This document shows positions 53,994 to 63,348 of a stretch of DNA of 64,000 nt, in pieces (the first letter of the stretch is position 1; each line of letters starts with the position of its first letter). Source of the DNA: an uncultured bacterium (GTDB taxonomy: Bacteria; Verrucomicrobiota; Verrucomicrobiia; Verrucomicrobiales; DEV007); NCBI GenBank assembly GCA_963977015.1, contig CAXBMO010000012.1:64001-128000 (forward strand). The letters are read 5' to 3'. A program made the position numbers and the translations under genes. The notes beneath the pieces are model-generated. The model saw only the letters and a program-made list of their open reading frames with translations, was not told the origin of the DNA and ran no database searches.

Positions 53994-56234
53994 ATGACCA
54001 CGGGAAAACCAGATTATGCCGTTCGAGATTGGATCGCGTCGAAACCCAGAATTCGGGACCAGGTTCGGTTTCATTATCAGGACGACAACGGAACGGCCAT
54101 TTACGTTTTAGAGGATCTCGTCAATCGCAGTTATATCCAGATTGGAGTTCCGGAATACCGATTTCTCCGTGGGCTTGATGGCAGCCGAACGGTGGCGCAA
54201 CTGCTTTCCAGCAGCGCCGGGAAACAGGGTGAGGAGGGATTGAGCGAGGACGATGTTTCCAGTTTGTTGCGGTGGCTTCTTGATCAACAGCTCCTCGAAC
54301 CTGAAGACGGTGAGCAGGGCGAACGCAGGTTTCTTCATCACGAAAGCCAGTCCTCTCCGCAACGAGGGAGCCCTCTCATGAAGCTGTTGTTTTGGAGGAT
54401 CTCGCTGGGGAGTCCTGATCGATTTTTCCATGCGTTAAACCGACTTTTTGGCTGGTTCTTTTCGCTTCCTGCCATGCTGGTCTGGTTGGGGACGATTGGC
54501 TACGCAGCGTACCTGGCGTCGACCCATTGGCGGGCGTTGGTGGATGCCGGGTCCAGGGCAGTCTTGCCGGGCAACTGGCTTTCTCTCATTTTGGTCTACG
54601 TGGTCCTGAAGGTGTTTCATGAGTTTGGTCATGGCATCGCGACGAAGCGGTTTCGCGGGGTTGTTCCGGAATGGGGAGTTCAACTGATCGCGTTTGTGAC
54701 TCCGTTGACGTATGTGGATGCAACCGCCAGTTGGGCGTTTCGCTCACGTCGGAAACGTCTGATCGTCGCGTTCGCGGGAATCTACGTGGAACTGTTTCTC
54801 GCTGCGATTGCGCTCTTTGTCTGGAGTCGAACGGATCCCGGAACCGTGCAAACCATGGCGGCCAATATCGCGATAGCGGCGTCGTCGATTACCCTCTTGT
54901 TTAATGCGAATCCGTTGATGCGTTTTGACGGATATTATATGCTCAGTGATCTGTTGGGTCTTCGCAATCTGGCTCCGCGGGGACAACAGTTGATGCAGTG
55001 GTTGGGGCGCAAAGTGTTTTTCGGGGCGAAAGGGCCGATGCCTCGTGGTACCCGCCGCCAGACCGGGATTCTCTTTTTCTACGGTTCCCTTGCCGCAATG
55101 TGGCGGGTTCTCATCTTTGTCGGGATCATGGCGTTGGTTAGTCAGATGTTCCAGGGCGCCGGTCTGCTGTTGGTGGGAATTGGAATCCTCATCGGCGTTG
55201 CGACGCTTCTTTATTCGTTGATCAAGCTCCTGATTGAGGATCATGCCACGTTCCTGAGAGCGGCGGTGAGGATGGTTGTGATTTTGGGGCTGGCCGGATG
55301 CGCCCTTTGGGTGGTTCAGGTTAGCCCTGCGCCGACCGCTCTGGCGTTGGTTGAATTTCCAGACAAGGCGATTCTTCGTGCCGAGGCACCCGGATTCGTT
55401 TCTCAGGTGCTCTGTCAAGATGGAGATCGCGTGGCCAAGGGAGACCTGCTGGCCATTCTGGAAAACGAGGAAGAAAAAGGATTGCTGGAGCAGTTGGAGT
55501 TGGATCTGAAACGCTCTCGACAGCAAGCGCTCCAGTATTTGGATCAGGAACAGGTATCCTCTTATCAAGCTGAATTGGACGTGCAAATGGGGTTGGAGGA
55601 GCGGTTGTCCACGCAGCGGCAGAGAGTTGCGTCCCTCGAGTTTCGTTCGCCCATAGCGGGAATTGTTCGCGAGGCGAAACTGGATTCAAAACCCGGGCGA
55701 TATTTGCGGACCGGCGAACGCTTTCTGTCGGTATATCCGGACGTGGCACCTCAGTTGCTGATCTCAGCCCGGCAAGATGATGCCGAGGCGTTGGGAGAGA
55801 CCGCGCCGCGGATTCGTTGCAGACTTCGAGGCCGCCCCAATGAGATGGTCGCCGTCATTCATCGAATCGAAAAGCGGGCAACGGTCGCGGTTCCACACTG
55901 GGCCCTGGCCGCGAGTTCGGGAGGTCCCCTTCCGGTTCGAGAGGTTTCTCAAGGGAATGAGAAGGAACAGGGGCTTGCGGCGAAGGCGTCAGGCAGTGAG
56001 GCCCTCAATCACTTTCGTGGAGTGCGCCCGGAAATGGAAGGGATGTCTCAAGAACTTTCTCGTCCCCGGATGGTCGCTTATGCAACGCTGGAATCCGTTC
56101 AGGAAGCCATGGCGCTTCGAGAAGGTGAGTGGGGCCACGCGAAGCTCACGCACGGAAATCGCGAGCGTCTGGGGAGTTGGATCTATCGGAAGACGTTCAA
56201 CTATCTGCGAAGCCGATTCGAACAGCGTATCTGA
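53994..56234 (+). CDS. PqqD/RRE-like + site-2 protease (M50) + HlyD fusion
   Basis: N-terminal YVLEDL...YRFLRGLDGSRTVAQL...LLRWLLDQQLL (RRE pattern), HEFGH and NANPLMRFDGY zinc motifs, multiple TMs, and a C-terminal lipoyl/hairpin MFP domain. Confidence 0.9.
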   Translation: MTTGKPDYAVRDWIASKPRIRDQVRFHYQDDNGTAIYVLEDLVNRSYIQIGVPEYRFLRGLDGSRTVAQLLSSSAGKQGEEGLSEDDVSSLLRWLLDQQLLEPEDGEQGERRFLHHESQSSPQRGSPLMKLLFWRISLGSPDRFFHALNRLFGWFFSLPAMLVWLGTIGYAAYLASTHWRALVDAGSRAVLPGNWLSLILVYVVLKVFHEFGHGIATKRFRGVVPEWGVQLIAFVTPLTYVDATASWAFRSRRKRLIVAFAGIYVELFLAAIALFVWSRTDPGTVQTMAANIAIAASSITLLFNANPLMRFDGYYMLSDLLGLRNLAPRGQQLMQWLGRKVFFGAKGPMPRGTRRQTGILFFYGSLAAMWRVLIFVGIMALVSQMFQGAGLLLVGIGILIGVATLLYSLIKLLIEDHATFLRAAVRMVVILGLAGCALWVVQVSPAPTALALVEFPDKAILRAEAPGFVSQVLCQDGDRVAKGDLLAILENEEEKGLLEQLELDLKRSRQQALQYLDQEQVSSYQAELDVQMGLEERLSTQRQRVASLEFRSPIAGIVREAKLDSKPGRYLRTGERFLSVYPDVAPQLLISARQDDAEALGETAPRIRCRLRGRPNEMVAVIHRIEKRATVAVPHWALAASSGGPLPVREVSQGNEKEQGLAAKASGSEALNHFRGVRPEMEGMSQELSRPRMVAYATLESVQEAMALREGEWGHAKLTHGNRERLGSWIYRKTFNYLRSRFEQRI

Positions 56235-56247
56235 TCCCTTTTTGCCG

Positions 56248-58149
56248 ATGACGATGCTCACCAAATCTCCAGCCACCTCTCCACCGCTGCGCAGTCCTCG
56301 CCCCTACAAAAAGTGGCTTCTGGAGATCGACCGCCAAGGCCAGTGGATGGCGGATCAGTCGACCGAGGCATTGCGGGAAAAGGTGGCGGACTGGCAGGAA
56401 CAACTGCGCTTTCGGCGCATCTCGCGGGAACAAATCCGGATTCCCGCCTTCGCCCTGGCCCGGGAAGTTGCGTTTCGCACGACTGGTCTTCGAGCCTACC
56501 CGGAACAACTCTTCGGAGCACTGGCCTTGACGAAAGGGGCGGTTGCCGAATTGGCCACGGGAGAAGGAAAGACGTTGGTGGCGATGTTGGCGGCATTCCT
56601 GTTTGCGCTGGAGGGAAGGGGCGTTCATGTGGTGACGGTCAATTCCTATCTTGCCGAGCGCGACGAAGCCTTTGCCCGCTCTTTCTTCGATTCTCTGGGG
56701 TTGACGGTCGGGCTTTTACCGGAGCGGGGAAATCCCGCCGCGAAGCGGGAAGCCTATGGCAAGGATGTTACCTATGGGGTGGGTTATGAGTTTGGGTTCG
56801 ACTATCTACGGGATCAGTTGGCCTTGATCCGTCAGCCGAAATTGCGTCCCACAAAGAAGCTCGAGCGTCTGTTTCTGAATCAATCTGTCGTACAAGAGGT
56901 AACGGTGCAGCGTCGTCTTGCGTTTGCCATTATTGATGAGATTGACAGTGTGTTGATTGATGAGGCAGGGTCGCCACTTGTCGTGGCAGAGGCATCCCGG
57001 AACACAGGTGCATTGGCCCGGCCCTACGAATTGGCCCATCAGGTTGCCGGCCAATTGGAGAAGGGGATTCACTATCAGAATGGCAGTTCCGGCAGGACTC
57101 CAGCCTTCACCCGGGAAGGGAAACGACGCATTGACGAGGTTCCGGATGTTCCCTGGGATCTTCTGAAACGGCCCTGGCCTTACTATGTAGCGAATTCACT
57201 GGTTGCAAGGGAGGGATATCACAAGGAGGAGCATTATATTATTCAGGATGGCAAAATCGTGATCGTGGATGAATTCACCGGCCGGGCCCACGAAGAGCGT
57301 TCCTGGCAACGAGGCCTTCACCAAGCCGTCGAGGTCAAGGAGTCAGTCACCGTGCAACCGGAGATGGAGTCTGCCGCAAGCATTACCCGGCAACGGTGCT
57401 TTGGGCTCTATCAACAGATCTGCGGCTTGACCGGAACCGCGTCCGAATCGGCACATGAATTTCGCTATTTTTTCAAGCTCCCTGTTCTCCGGGTTCCCCT
57501 TCATCGCCCTAACCAACGTGAAAGCCTGAAGGATCGTGTCTTTGTGAACCAGGAAGCGATGTTGAATGCGGTCGTTGAGGAAATTGCGCAGCGTCACGCC
57601 ACCGGTCAACCGGTTCTTCTCGGAACACGGACGATCCAGGTGAGTCAGGAAATTTCGAAACGATTGACCGAACGACAGATCTCGCACCAGATTTTGACGG
57701 CGAAGCAGGACGAAGAGGAAAGTGCCATCGTTGAAAGTGCGGGGAGTCCGGGAAAGGTTTTGGTCGCGACAAATATGGCAGGGCGGGGCACCCACATTCC
57801 GGTTCCGCAGGAATCCCTGGAGCTGGGCGGCCTTCATGTCATCGGGGTTGAGCGAAATGAGTCCGTCCGGATCGATCGCCAATTGATCGGCCGGACGGCG
57901 CGTCAGGGGCAACCGGGTAGTTCGCAGTTTTTCATCAGTGCCGACGATGCCCTATTGACGGTCTTTGCGCCGCGCGTATCGGCGGAATGGAAGAACATGC
58001 CTTGCAAAGCAAACGGACAACTACCCGGCCATCTGGCGCGCATCTACCGCCAGGTTCAGCGCAAAGCGGAAAAGCAACGCTATCAGCAACGGATCCTGAC
58101 CGCGAAACGCGATGAATGGATCGATCAAACTCGCCGCATCCTGGGCTAA
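56248..58149 (+). CDS. Accessory SecA-like ATPase (SecA_DEAD), C-terminally truncated
   Basis: ELATGEGKT, VTVNSYLAERD, FGFDYLRD, IIDEIDSVLID, GLHQAVEVKE, ATNMAGRGT and RIDRQLIGRTARQGQPG. 633 aa, ends shortly after NBD2. Confidence 0.93.
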   Translation: MTMLTKSPATSPPLRSPRPYKKWLLEIDRQGQWMADQSTEALREKVADWQEQLRFRRISREQIRIPAFALAREVAFRTTGLRAYPEQLFGALALTKGAVAELATGEGKTLVAMLAAFLFALEGRGVHVVTVNSYLAERDEAFARSFFDSLGLTVGLLPERGNPAAKREAYGKDVTYGVGYEFGFDYLRDQLALIRQPKLRPTKKLERLFLNQSVVQEVTVQRRLAFAIIDEIDSVLIDEAGSPLVVAEASRNTGALARPYELAHQVAGQLEKGIHYQNGSSGRTPAFTREGKRRIDEVPDVPWDLLKRPWPYYVANSLVAREGYHKEEHYIIQDGKIVIVDEFTGRAHEERSWQRGLHQAVEVKESVTVQPEMESAASITRQRCFGLYQQICGLTGTASESAHEFRYFFKLPVLRVPLHRPNQRESLKDRVFVNQEAMLNAVVEEIAQRHATGQPVLLGTRTIQVSQEISKRLTERQISHQILTAKQDEEESAIVESAGSPGKVLVATNMAGRGTHIPVPQESLELGGLHVIGVERNESVRIDRQLIGRTARQGQPGSSQFFISADDALLTVFAPRVSAEWKNMPCKANGQLPGHLARIYRQVQRKAEKQRYQQRILTAKRDEWIDQTRRILG

Positions 58150-58164
58150 AACCACAACCATCCT

Positions 58165-58983
58165 ATGACTCGACTCCTTGTTGCCCTTTTCCTGTTCACC
58201 AGCCCCTTGATCGCTCAAGACGGCCATTTCGAAGTTCTCACGACCCTGCGACCTTACCAGAGTATTGAACTTTCGACGACCGAACGCGGCGTGATTCGTG
58301 AAATCCTGGCTCAACCGGGTGACGAGGTCGTGGCTGGCCAGGTTCTCATCAAGTTGAATGCGGAAACCATCGCTGCGCGATTGGCTCAAGCCAAGATTCA
58401 AGCCAAGCACAGCGGTCTCGTTGTCGCTGCAGAAGCCGGATACAATCTCTCCAAAGACCGGTTCGAAATTGTTTCTCAACTCAAGAAGCGAGGAACCGCG
58501 AATGCCGCTGAACTGGATCGGGAGTTGGCGACGTTCAAGGCGCGCGAAGGCGAGTTGATGGCGGCCCGTGAACAGCAGGAGCTTTTCGGGTATCAAGTTC
58601 AACAGATTGAGGCGGAGCTGGAACAGCGATTTTTGCGAAGCCCGATCGATGGTGTGGTCACCGATGTCGCGAAGGATGTTGCTGAAGCCGTCGGGCAGAA
58701 CCTGGCGTCTGAGTCGCCCTATCTGATTCGTGTTGTGAATCTCGACCAGCTCTCGTCCAAAGCTCACATCCCCTATGTTCACGCTCAAAATCTCCAACTC
58801 GGTCAGGTCCTCAAAATCCGCCTGGAAGACGGGAGGCAGACCGAGGCCGAGGCGGAAATTGAATTCATTTCCCCAATTGTTGAGCCGGCCACCGGAACCG
58901 TTGAGGTTCGGCTGGTGGTGCAGAATCTGGAGCGCAGGTATGTCAGTGGACTTCCGTCCAGGTTGCTCGTTCCCATCAAGTAA
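58165..58983 (+). CDS. Periplasmic adaptor (RND/HlyD MFP) with cleavable signal peptide
   Basis: Signal peptide, GVIREILAQPGDEVVAGQVL, LRSPIDGVV and FISPIVEPATGTVEVR. Confidence 0.9.
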   Translation: MTRLLVALFLFTSPLIAQDGHFEVLTTLRPYQSIELSTTERGVIREILAQPGDEVVAGQVLIKLNAETIAARLAQAKIQAKHSGLVVAAEAGYNLSKDRFEIVSQLKKRGTANAAELDRELATFKAREGELMAAREQQELFGYQVQQIEAELEQRFLRSPIDGVVTDVAKDVAEAVGQNLASESPYLIRVVNLDQLSSKAHIPYVHAQNLQLGQVLKIRLEDGRQTEAEAEIEFISPIVEPATGTVEVRLVVQNLERRYVSGLPSRLLVPIK

Positions 58984-59077
58984 ACCTGGTTGCGGCGAAT
59001 CTGGAACATCGGGAGGAACTTTTGGGGGTGATGAGAATGTTCATTGGAAGGATTGAGGTTTTGGTGCGTGTTCAAAA

Positions 59078-59809
59078 GTGGTGACCCCATTCCGGCAATT
59101 CCCAATTTCAGATGCAGCTTCAGCGACCCTTTTTGTGTTGGGCCTCGCTGTGTTCGGGATGGGGTCCGCTTTTGCGGAAGAACGTGCCGATGGGCTGGCT
59201 TCCGGACTGGCGGCGTCTGCGTTTGCTCCGGAGCCGGTCACAGAGGAGGATTTTGCGGAGTTGAAAGAGCATTCGCCCTTTCTCCGTCCCCTCGATCTCT
59301 CGCAATCATTGGTCCTCACGGGATTGGCTGAGGTTGATGGGAAGCTGATCGCGACCCTCCGCCACCGCAAAACCAAGGAAACCCACGTCGTTTCAGGTTC
59401 GAGCAGTGCCAACGCACTTGGCTGGCAACTGGTCGGCGTTGAAGGGGATCAGAACGATCTCCAGACCCTGAGTGCCCGGATTTCGGTTGGGAGAGGGGAG
59501 GTCGTTTCGATCGGTTTCGATGATCAGCAGCTTCGTCCCCGCACCGTCCTGATCGGGCCGAAGGTCCCTGCTTCCGAAGCCAAGAGGATCGCGAAAGAGG
59601 CGCAGAATTATCGAAGGGGGATCTCGGCAGACGGCTTTTCGGGGGCGCCCCCACGGGAGTTGGCGGACAAGCTGTCGAGGTTGAGCGAAGAACAGCGTGG
59701 TCGTCTTATCTACCAAGTTAGTGAGATGCGAAAGAAGGGGGTGAGCAGCGAGGAACGCCGCAAGGTTTTTGTTCGCATGGTGGATCAGGCGCTACCCAAA
59801 GGACGGTAG
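59078..59809 (+). CDS. Hypothetical exported protein
   Basis: Hydrophobic N-terminal segment ending AFA; plausible composition. Start uncertain. Confidence 0.7.
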   Translation: MVTPFRQFPISDAASATLFVLGLAVFGMGSAFAEERADGLASGLAASAFAPEPVTEEDFAELKEHSPFLRPLDLSQSLVLTGLAEVDGKLIATLRHRKTKETHVVSGSSSANALGWQLVGVEGDQNDLQTLSARISVGRGEVVSIGFDDQQLRPRTVLIGPKVPASEAKRIAKEAQNYRRGISADGFSGAPPRELADKLSRLSEEQRGRLIYQVSEMRKKGVSSEERRKVFVRMVDQALPKGR

Positions 59810-59828
59810 CCACTTTTTACCGGGCCGC

Positions 59829-60326
59829 CTACTCCCGTTCGAACTTCACAAAACCCTTCAACGTGGTTTGGCCGAGGGCGCTCACGAACTCGAAGTTGAC
59901 CTCGTAGATGTCACCACGAATCGCCTTTTGCAATCGGATGAGGGTTCCGCCGGGGAACGGTTCGAGCGTGGCTGTGAGAGCGGCTTGATCGATGCTGACT
60001 TGAAACTCGGACACGTTTTCGGGCGAAGATGCCGTGACGTATTCTCCCCGATACAGTCCCTCCAGCTCGTGGGCAGTGTAGGTCCAGGAATACTCGACGG
60101 GATTGTCATTCGCCACGAGGTTTCCCTGGATCGTGAAAACATCTCCTTCGCTGGAAAAGGACGCCACGATCCGGTTGGTGAGCTGGGCGGTTTCGAAGTT
60201 GGCGTCGGTCATTTCTCCGGCGCCAGTCCAGGTTCCCTCCAGCGCTTTAAAAAACGCGTTCTCCCGCAGATCCTCCGCGAAGGTTGGCAGGAGTAAGGCA
60301 AGCCAGATCAGTAGAACCCGATTCAT
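59829..60326 (-). CDS. Hypothetical exported protein (beta-barrel/lipocalin-like GxW start)
   Basis: Signal peptide MNRVLLIWLALLLPTFA; LEGTWTG. Confidence 0.75.
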   Translation of the reverse strand: MNRVLLIWLALLLPTFAEDLRENAFFKALEGTWTGAGEMTDANFETAQLTNRIVASFSSEGDVFTIQGNLVANDNPVEYSWTYTAHELEGLYRGEYVTASSPENVSEFQVSIDQAALTATLEPFPGGTLIRLQKAIRGDIYEVNFEFVSALGQTTLKGFVKFERE

Positions 60327-60410
60327 TGCTTCATCCTATCATTTCGAAGGCTCTGACCAAGCTTAAGTTGCTCGCAACGCAATTCCGCAGCGCAAGTGAT
60401 GACGCCGCGA

Positions 60411-60439
60411 TTGACAAGCCAAGCCATGGTTCCTAAGCT
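60411..60439 (+). promoter_or_regulatory. Sigma70-like promoter
   Basis: TTGACA-17 nt-TAAGCT upstream of the esterase ATG. Confidence 0.55.
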
Positions 60440-60459
60440 GCGCCTCGTTGAAAACCCCC

Positions 60460-61392
60460 ATGAAAAAGACCCTCATCCTGGCCTTCATTTTTGCCAATAG
60501 CATCAGTTGGCTCACCGCCCAGCAGGAAGAAACTGCGCCGGCTCCCGAGCCGCCCACTCACGCCGATGTCGCCTACGGTCCACACACGCCCAACGTGCTC
60601 GACATCTGGATCGCCGAAGGCGAAGGACCGCGGCCGCTTCACGTTTACATTCATGGCGGCGGCTGGACTAGCGGCGACAAGTTCAAGAAAGGAAATCCTC
60701 AGAACGCGTGGCTCGCCAAGGGCATTTCCTATGCGGCCATCAACTATCGTCACACGCCTGGGGCTCCACTCCCGGCCCCGGTTCACGACGCGGCCCGCGC
60801 CATCCAGTTTCTTCGCTCCAACGCAGAAGCGTGGAACATCGACAAGGAGAAAATCTGTCTCAGCGGGGGAAGCGCCGGGGCCTGCACCTCCATGTGGTTG
60901 CTCACCCATGACGATCTCGCCGACTCCGACGCCGAAGATCCGGTGATGCGCGAATCGACCCGGGTTTCGGGCGCCGCCGTCTCCTCGGGACAGACCTCCA
61001 TCGATCCCAAGCAGATCGAGCCTTGGCTGGGGCCCATGGTGCTCCAGCATCGAATGATCAATATGGCCGTTGGTGAGGAGACGATCGAGGGTGCGTTGAA
61101 GAACTACGAAACCCACAAGGCCCTGTATCAGGAATTTTCGGCCTACAATCACGTTAGCAAAGACGATCCGCCGCTCTTCATGACCTACGGCAGAGACATG
61201 ACGCTCCCTTCCAAGAGTGCCGGTCACGGGATTCATCACCCGGTCTACGGCGTGAAAATGAAAGAGAAAGCCGACCGTGTGGGGATGGAATGCCATCTCC
61301 TCATCGGCGGTGGCACCGTCTCCAAGTCTGAAACATACAAGAACGCGGACGCGTTTATCACCGCGATCCTGTTGGGGACTGACGAATCCTAG
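60460..61392 (+). CDS. Secreted alpha/beta hydrolase (HSL-like esterase)
   Basis: Signal peptide, HGGGW oxyanion motif and GGSAG nucleophile elbow. Confidence 0.92.
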   Translation: MKKTLILAFIFANSISWLTAQQEETAPAPEPPTHADVAYGPHTPNVLDIWIAEGEGPRPLHVYIHGGGWTSGDKFKKGNPQNAWLAKGISYAAINYRHTPGAPLPAPVHDAARAIQFLRSNAEAWNIDKEKICLSGGSAGACTSMWLLTHDDLADSDAEDPVMRESTRVSGAAVSSGQTSIDPKQIEPWLGPMVLQHRMINMAVGEETIEGALKNYETHKALYQEFSAYNHVSKDDPPLFMTYGRDMTLPSKSAGHGIHHPVYGVKMKEKADRVGMECHLLIGGGTVSKSETYKNADAFITAILLGTDES

Positions 61393-61458
61393 CCGGGCAT
61401 CGAATTTTCCGCCCCATACGCGGGGTTGCGTTTCCACCGTCCTGCGGGTTAGTCGGCC

Positions 61459-63213
61459 ATGCTCCTCCGATTAACCCCCGCTCTTCTCTGCGCACTCTTC
61501 GGAGCGTCGCACCTCGCGAACGCCGACGTTCTTGAAGTCCTCGGCACGCCGTGCCAGGTGCTGCCATCCTCTCAACAAGTCTCGATCCAGCCCGAATCGG
61601 ATTCCGTCGTCGGGGTCACCACAGCGCCGGGCAAGGACGGCTATCCCGGTGTTCGCATTGGTCCCGGCAACGGCAAAACTCTCGATGCGTCCGCCTTCAG
61701 CCACCTGGCGGCGACGGTTCGCAACACCGGCGCTGAGCCGTTCACCATTCACCTGCGCATCGACAATCCGGGTGATTGGAGAAAGTCGCCGTGGAATGTC
61801 GAAAAACTGCGCGTTGAGCCCGGCGAAGCTGCCGTCGTGCGAACCTTTTTCGGGTATCAGCACGGGTTCAAGAAAGGCTATGCCCTCGACCCCGCCCGCA
61901 TTTCGGAGATCCAACTCTTCACCGGCAAAGCCGACGAAACCCCCATCAGCTTTCGCCTCGAATCCCTCTCCGCCGCCGGAACTCCGGGAGAGTCGCCGCG
62001 TCTCGCCGAGGCGATCCTCAACACGATTGAACCGCAGGACGGAATTCTCTATCAAGCCGGCGTCACCGATCCAAACCAAGTCAACATCACCCGATCTGGT
62101 GAGCAATTTCAGGTCCGACCCGTCGAGGGACAATGGAACCTGCGCAACTACAACCAGATCACCGTCACCCTGCGCGATGGAACGCAGGTGAACGTCCGCG
62201 CCATCGACCACGGAAATCGCGGCACCGCCTTGATGCCATCCCCCGTGCTCTTTCGTCGCGACGAAGTCTGGCACGGACACATCGGCAAGGGGGCTTCCGA
62301 ATCGCATCCCGTCTTCGACAGCCGCCGTGTCAAAGCGATCGAAATCAGTGGCGGCCCGAACGGAGCCGAAATCGAATCCATCATCGCCGGTGTCCACGTT
62401 TTTCAACGTCCCGACTGGTTCGGCAAACGACCCCCCATTCCCGGCGAATGGAAACTCACCCTCGAAGACGAATTCGACCAACCTGCGATCGACGCCCGAA
62501 CCTGGAACGTCGCCGGTCCCAACTACTGGGGCGCCAAAGAACTCACCCATTGGAGCCGCGAAAACGTCATCCTCAAAGACGGCACCGCTTCGCTCTGCAT
62601 GGAAAAGAAATTCGGCCATCACAACGACGACACCAGCCAACACACCAGTCCCTACACCGGCGGCTACCTCGATACCTACGACAACTGGCGCCAACGCTAC
62701 GGCTACTTCGAGGCCCGTATGAAACTTCCCACCGCCGACGGACTCTGGCCCGCCTTCTGGCTCATGCCCGACGCCGGTCGCGAACTCGGCCCCATGTGGA
62801 AACGCCAGAAGACCGAACCGCACGGCATGGAATTCGACATCCTCGAGCATCTCACCGGCTGGGGCCCCTACCGCTACCACATCGCCATGCACTGGGATGG
62901 CTACGGCAAAAACCATCAATCCACCGGCGCCTCCAGCATCTACTTCTCGCCGGATGAAGACGGCTTCGTCACCTCCGGCCTTTTGTGGGAACCCGGCCGC
63001 GCCGTCTACTACGTCAACGGTCGCGAAATTGGCCGTGTTGAAAGCGATCGCATCTCCGACATCCCCGGCATGATCATCTTCACCCTCCCCATTGGTGGCT
63101 GGGACAATCGCCCCCTCAACGACGCCCAACTCCCCGCCCACTTCACCATCGACTACGTCAGAGTCTGGCAACGAAACGACCTCGCCTCCGAGGCCGATGG
63201 CCACTACGAGTGA
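61459..63213 (+). CDS. Glycoside hydrolase family 16 protein with N-terminal CBM-like domain
   Basis: Signal peptide, YGYFEARMK, WPAFWL, EFDILE (ExDxxE) and IDYVRVWQ. Confidence 0.92.
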   Translation: MLLRLTPALLCALFGASHLANADVLEVLGTPCQVLPSSQQVSIQPESDSVVGVTTAPGKDGYPGVRIGPGNGKTLDASAFSHLAATVRNTGAEPFTIHLRIDNPGDWRKSPWNVEKLRVEPGEAAVVRTFFGYQHGFKKGYALDPARISEIQLFTGKADETPISFRLESLSAAGTPGESPRLAEAILNTIEPQDGILYQAGVTDPNQVNITRSGEQFQVRPVEGQWNLRNYNQITVTLRDGTQVNVRAIDHGNRGTALMPSPVLFRRDEVWHGHIGKGASESHPVFDSRRVKAIEISGGPNGAEIESIIAGVHVFQRPDWFGKRPPIPGEWKLTLEDEFDQPAIDARTWNVAGPNYWGAKELTHWSRENVILKDGTASLCMEKKFGHHNDDTSQHTSPYTGGYLDTYDNWRQRYGYFEARMKLPTADGLWPAFWLMPDAGRELGPMWKRQKTEPHGMEFDILEHLTGWGPYRYHIAMHWDGYGKNHQSTGASSIYFSPDEDGFVTSGLLWEPGRAVYYVNGREIGRVESDRISDIPGMIIFTLPIGGWDNRPLNDAQLPAHFTIDYVRVWQRNDLASEADGHYE

Positions 63214-63243
63214 CCGGTTGGGGAACCGCAGATGGGAATCTTT

Positions 63244-63290
63244 GGACTGCGGAAGCCTGCTGCCGCTATTTCAGAAAGCAGCCCTGCTGC
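63244..63290. repeat. REP element (left of RAYT)
   Basis: GGACTGCGGAAGCCTGCTGCCGC hairpin + GCAGCCCTGCTGC; inverted relative to 63959-64000. Confidence 0.75.
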
Positions 63291-63348
63291 TGGACCAATT
63301 CCAAATACGGATTCAACTTCTGACAACGTAAAACGGCCCCTTATCCCG

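Noticed and set aside
55777-56247. N-terminal extension of SecA in the ORF track
   Set aside because: Overlaps the M50-HlyD gene by ~450 nt; the ATG at 56248 follows its stop.
61471-63204. 577-aa minus-strand ORF
   Set aside because: Antisense shadow of the GH16 gene.
63232-63348. Longer RAYT start at 63232
   Set aside because: The extension runs through the REP element; 63349 is preferred.
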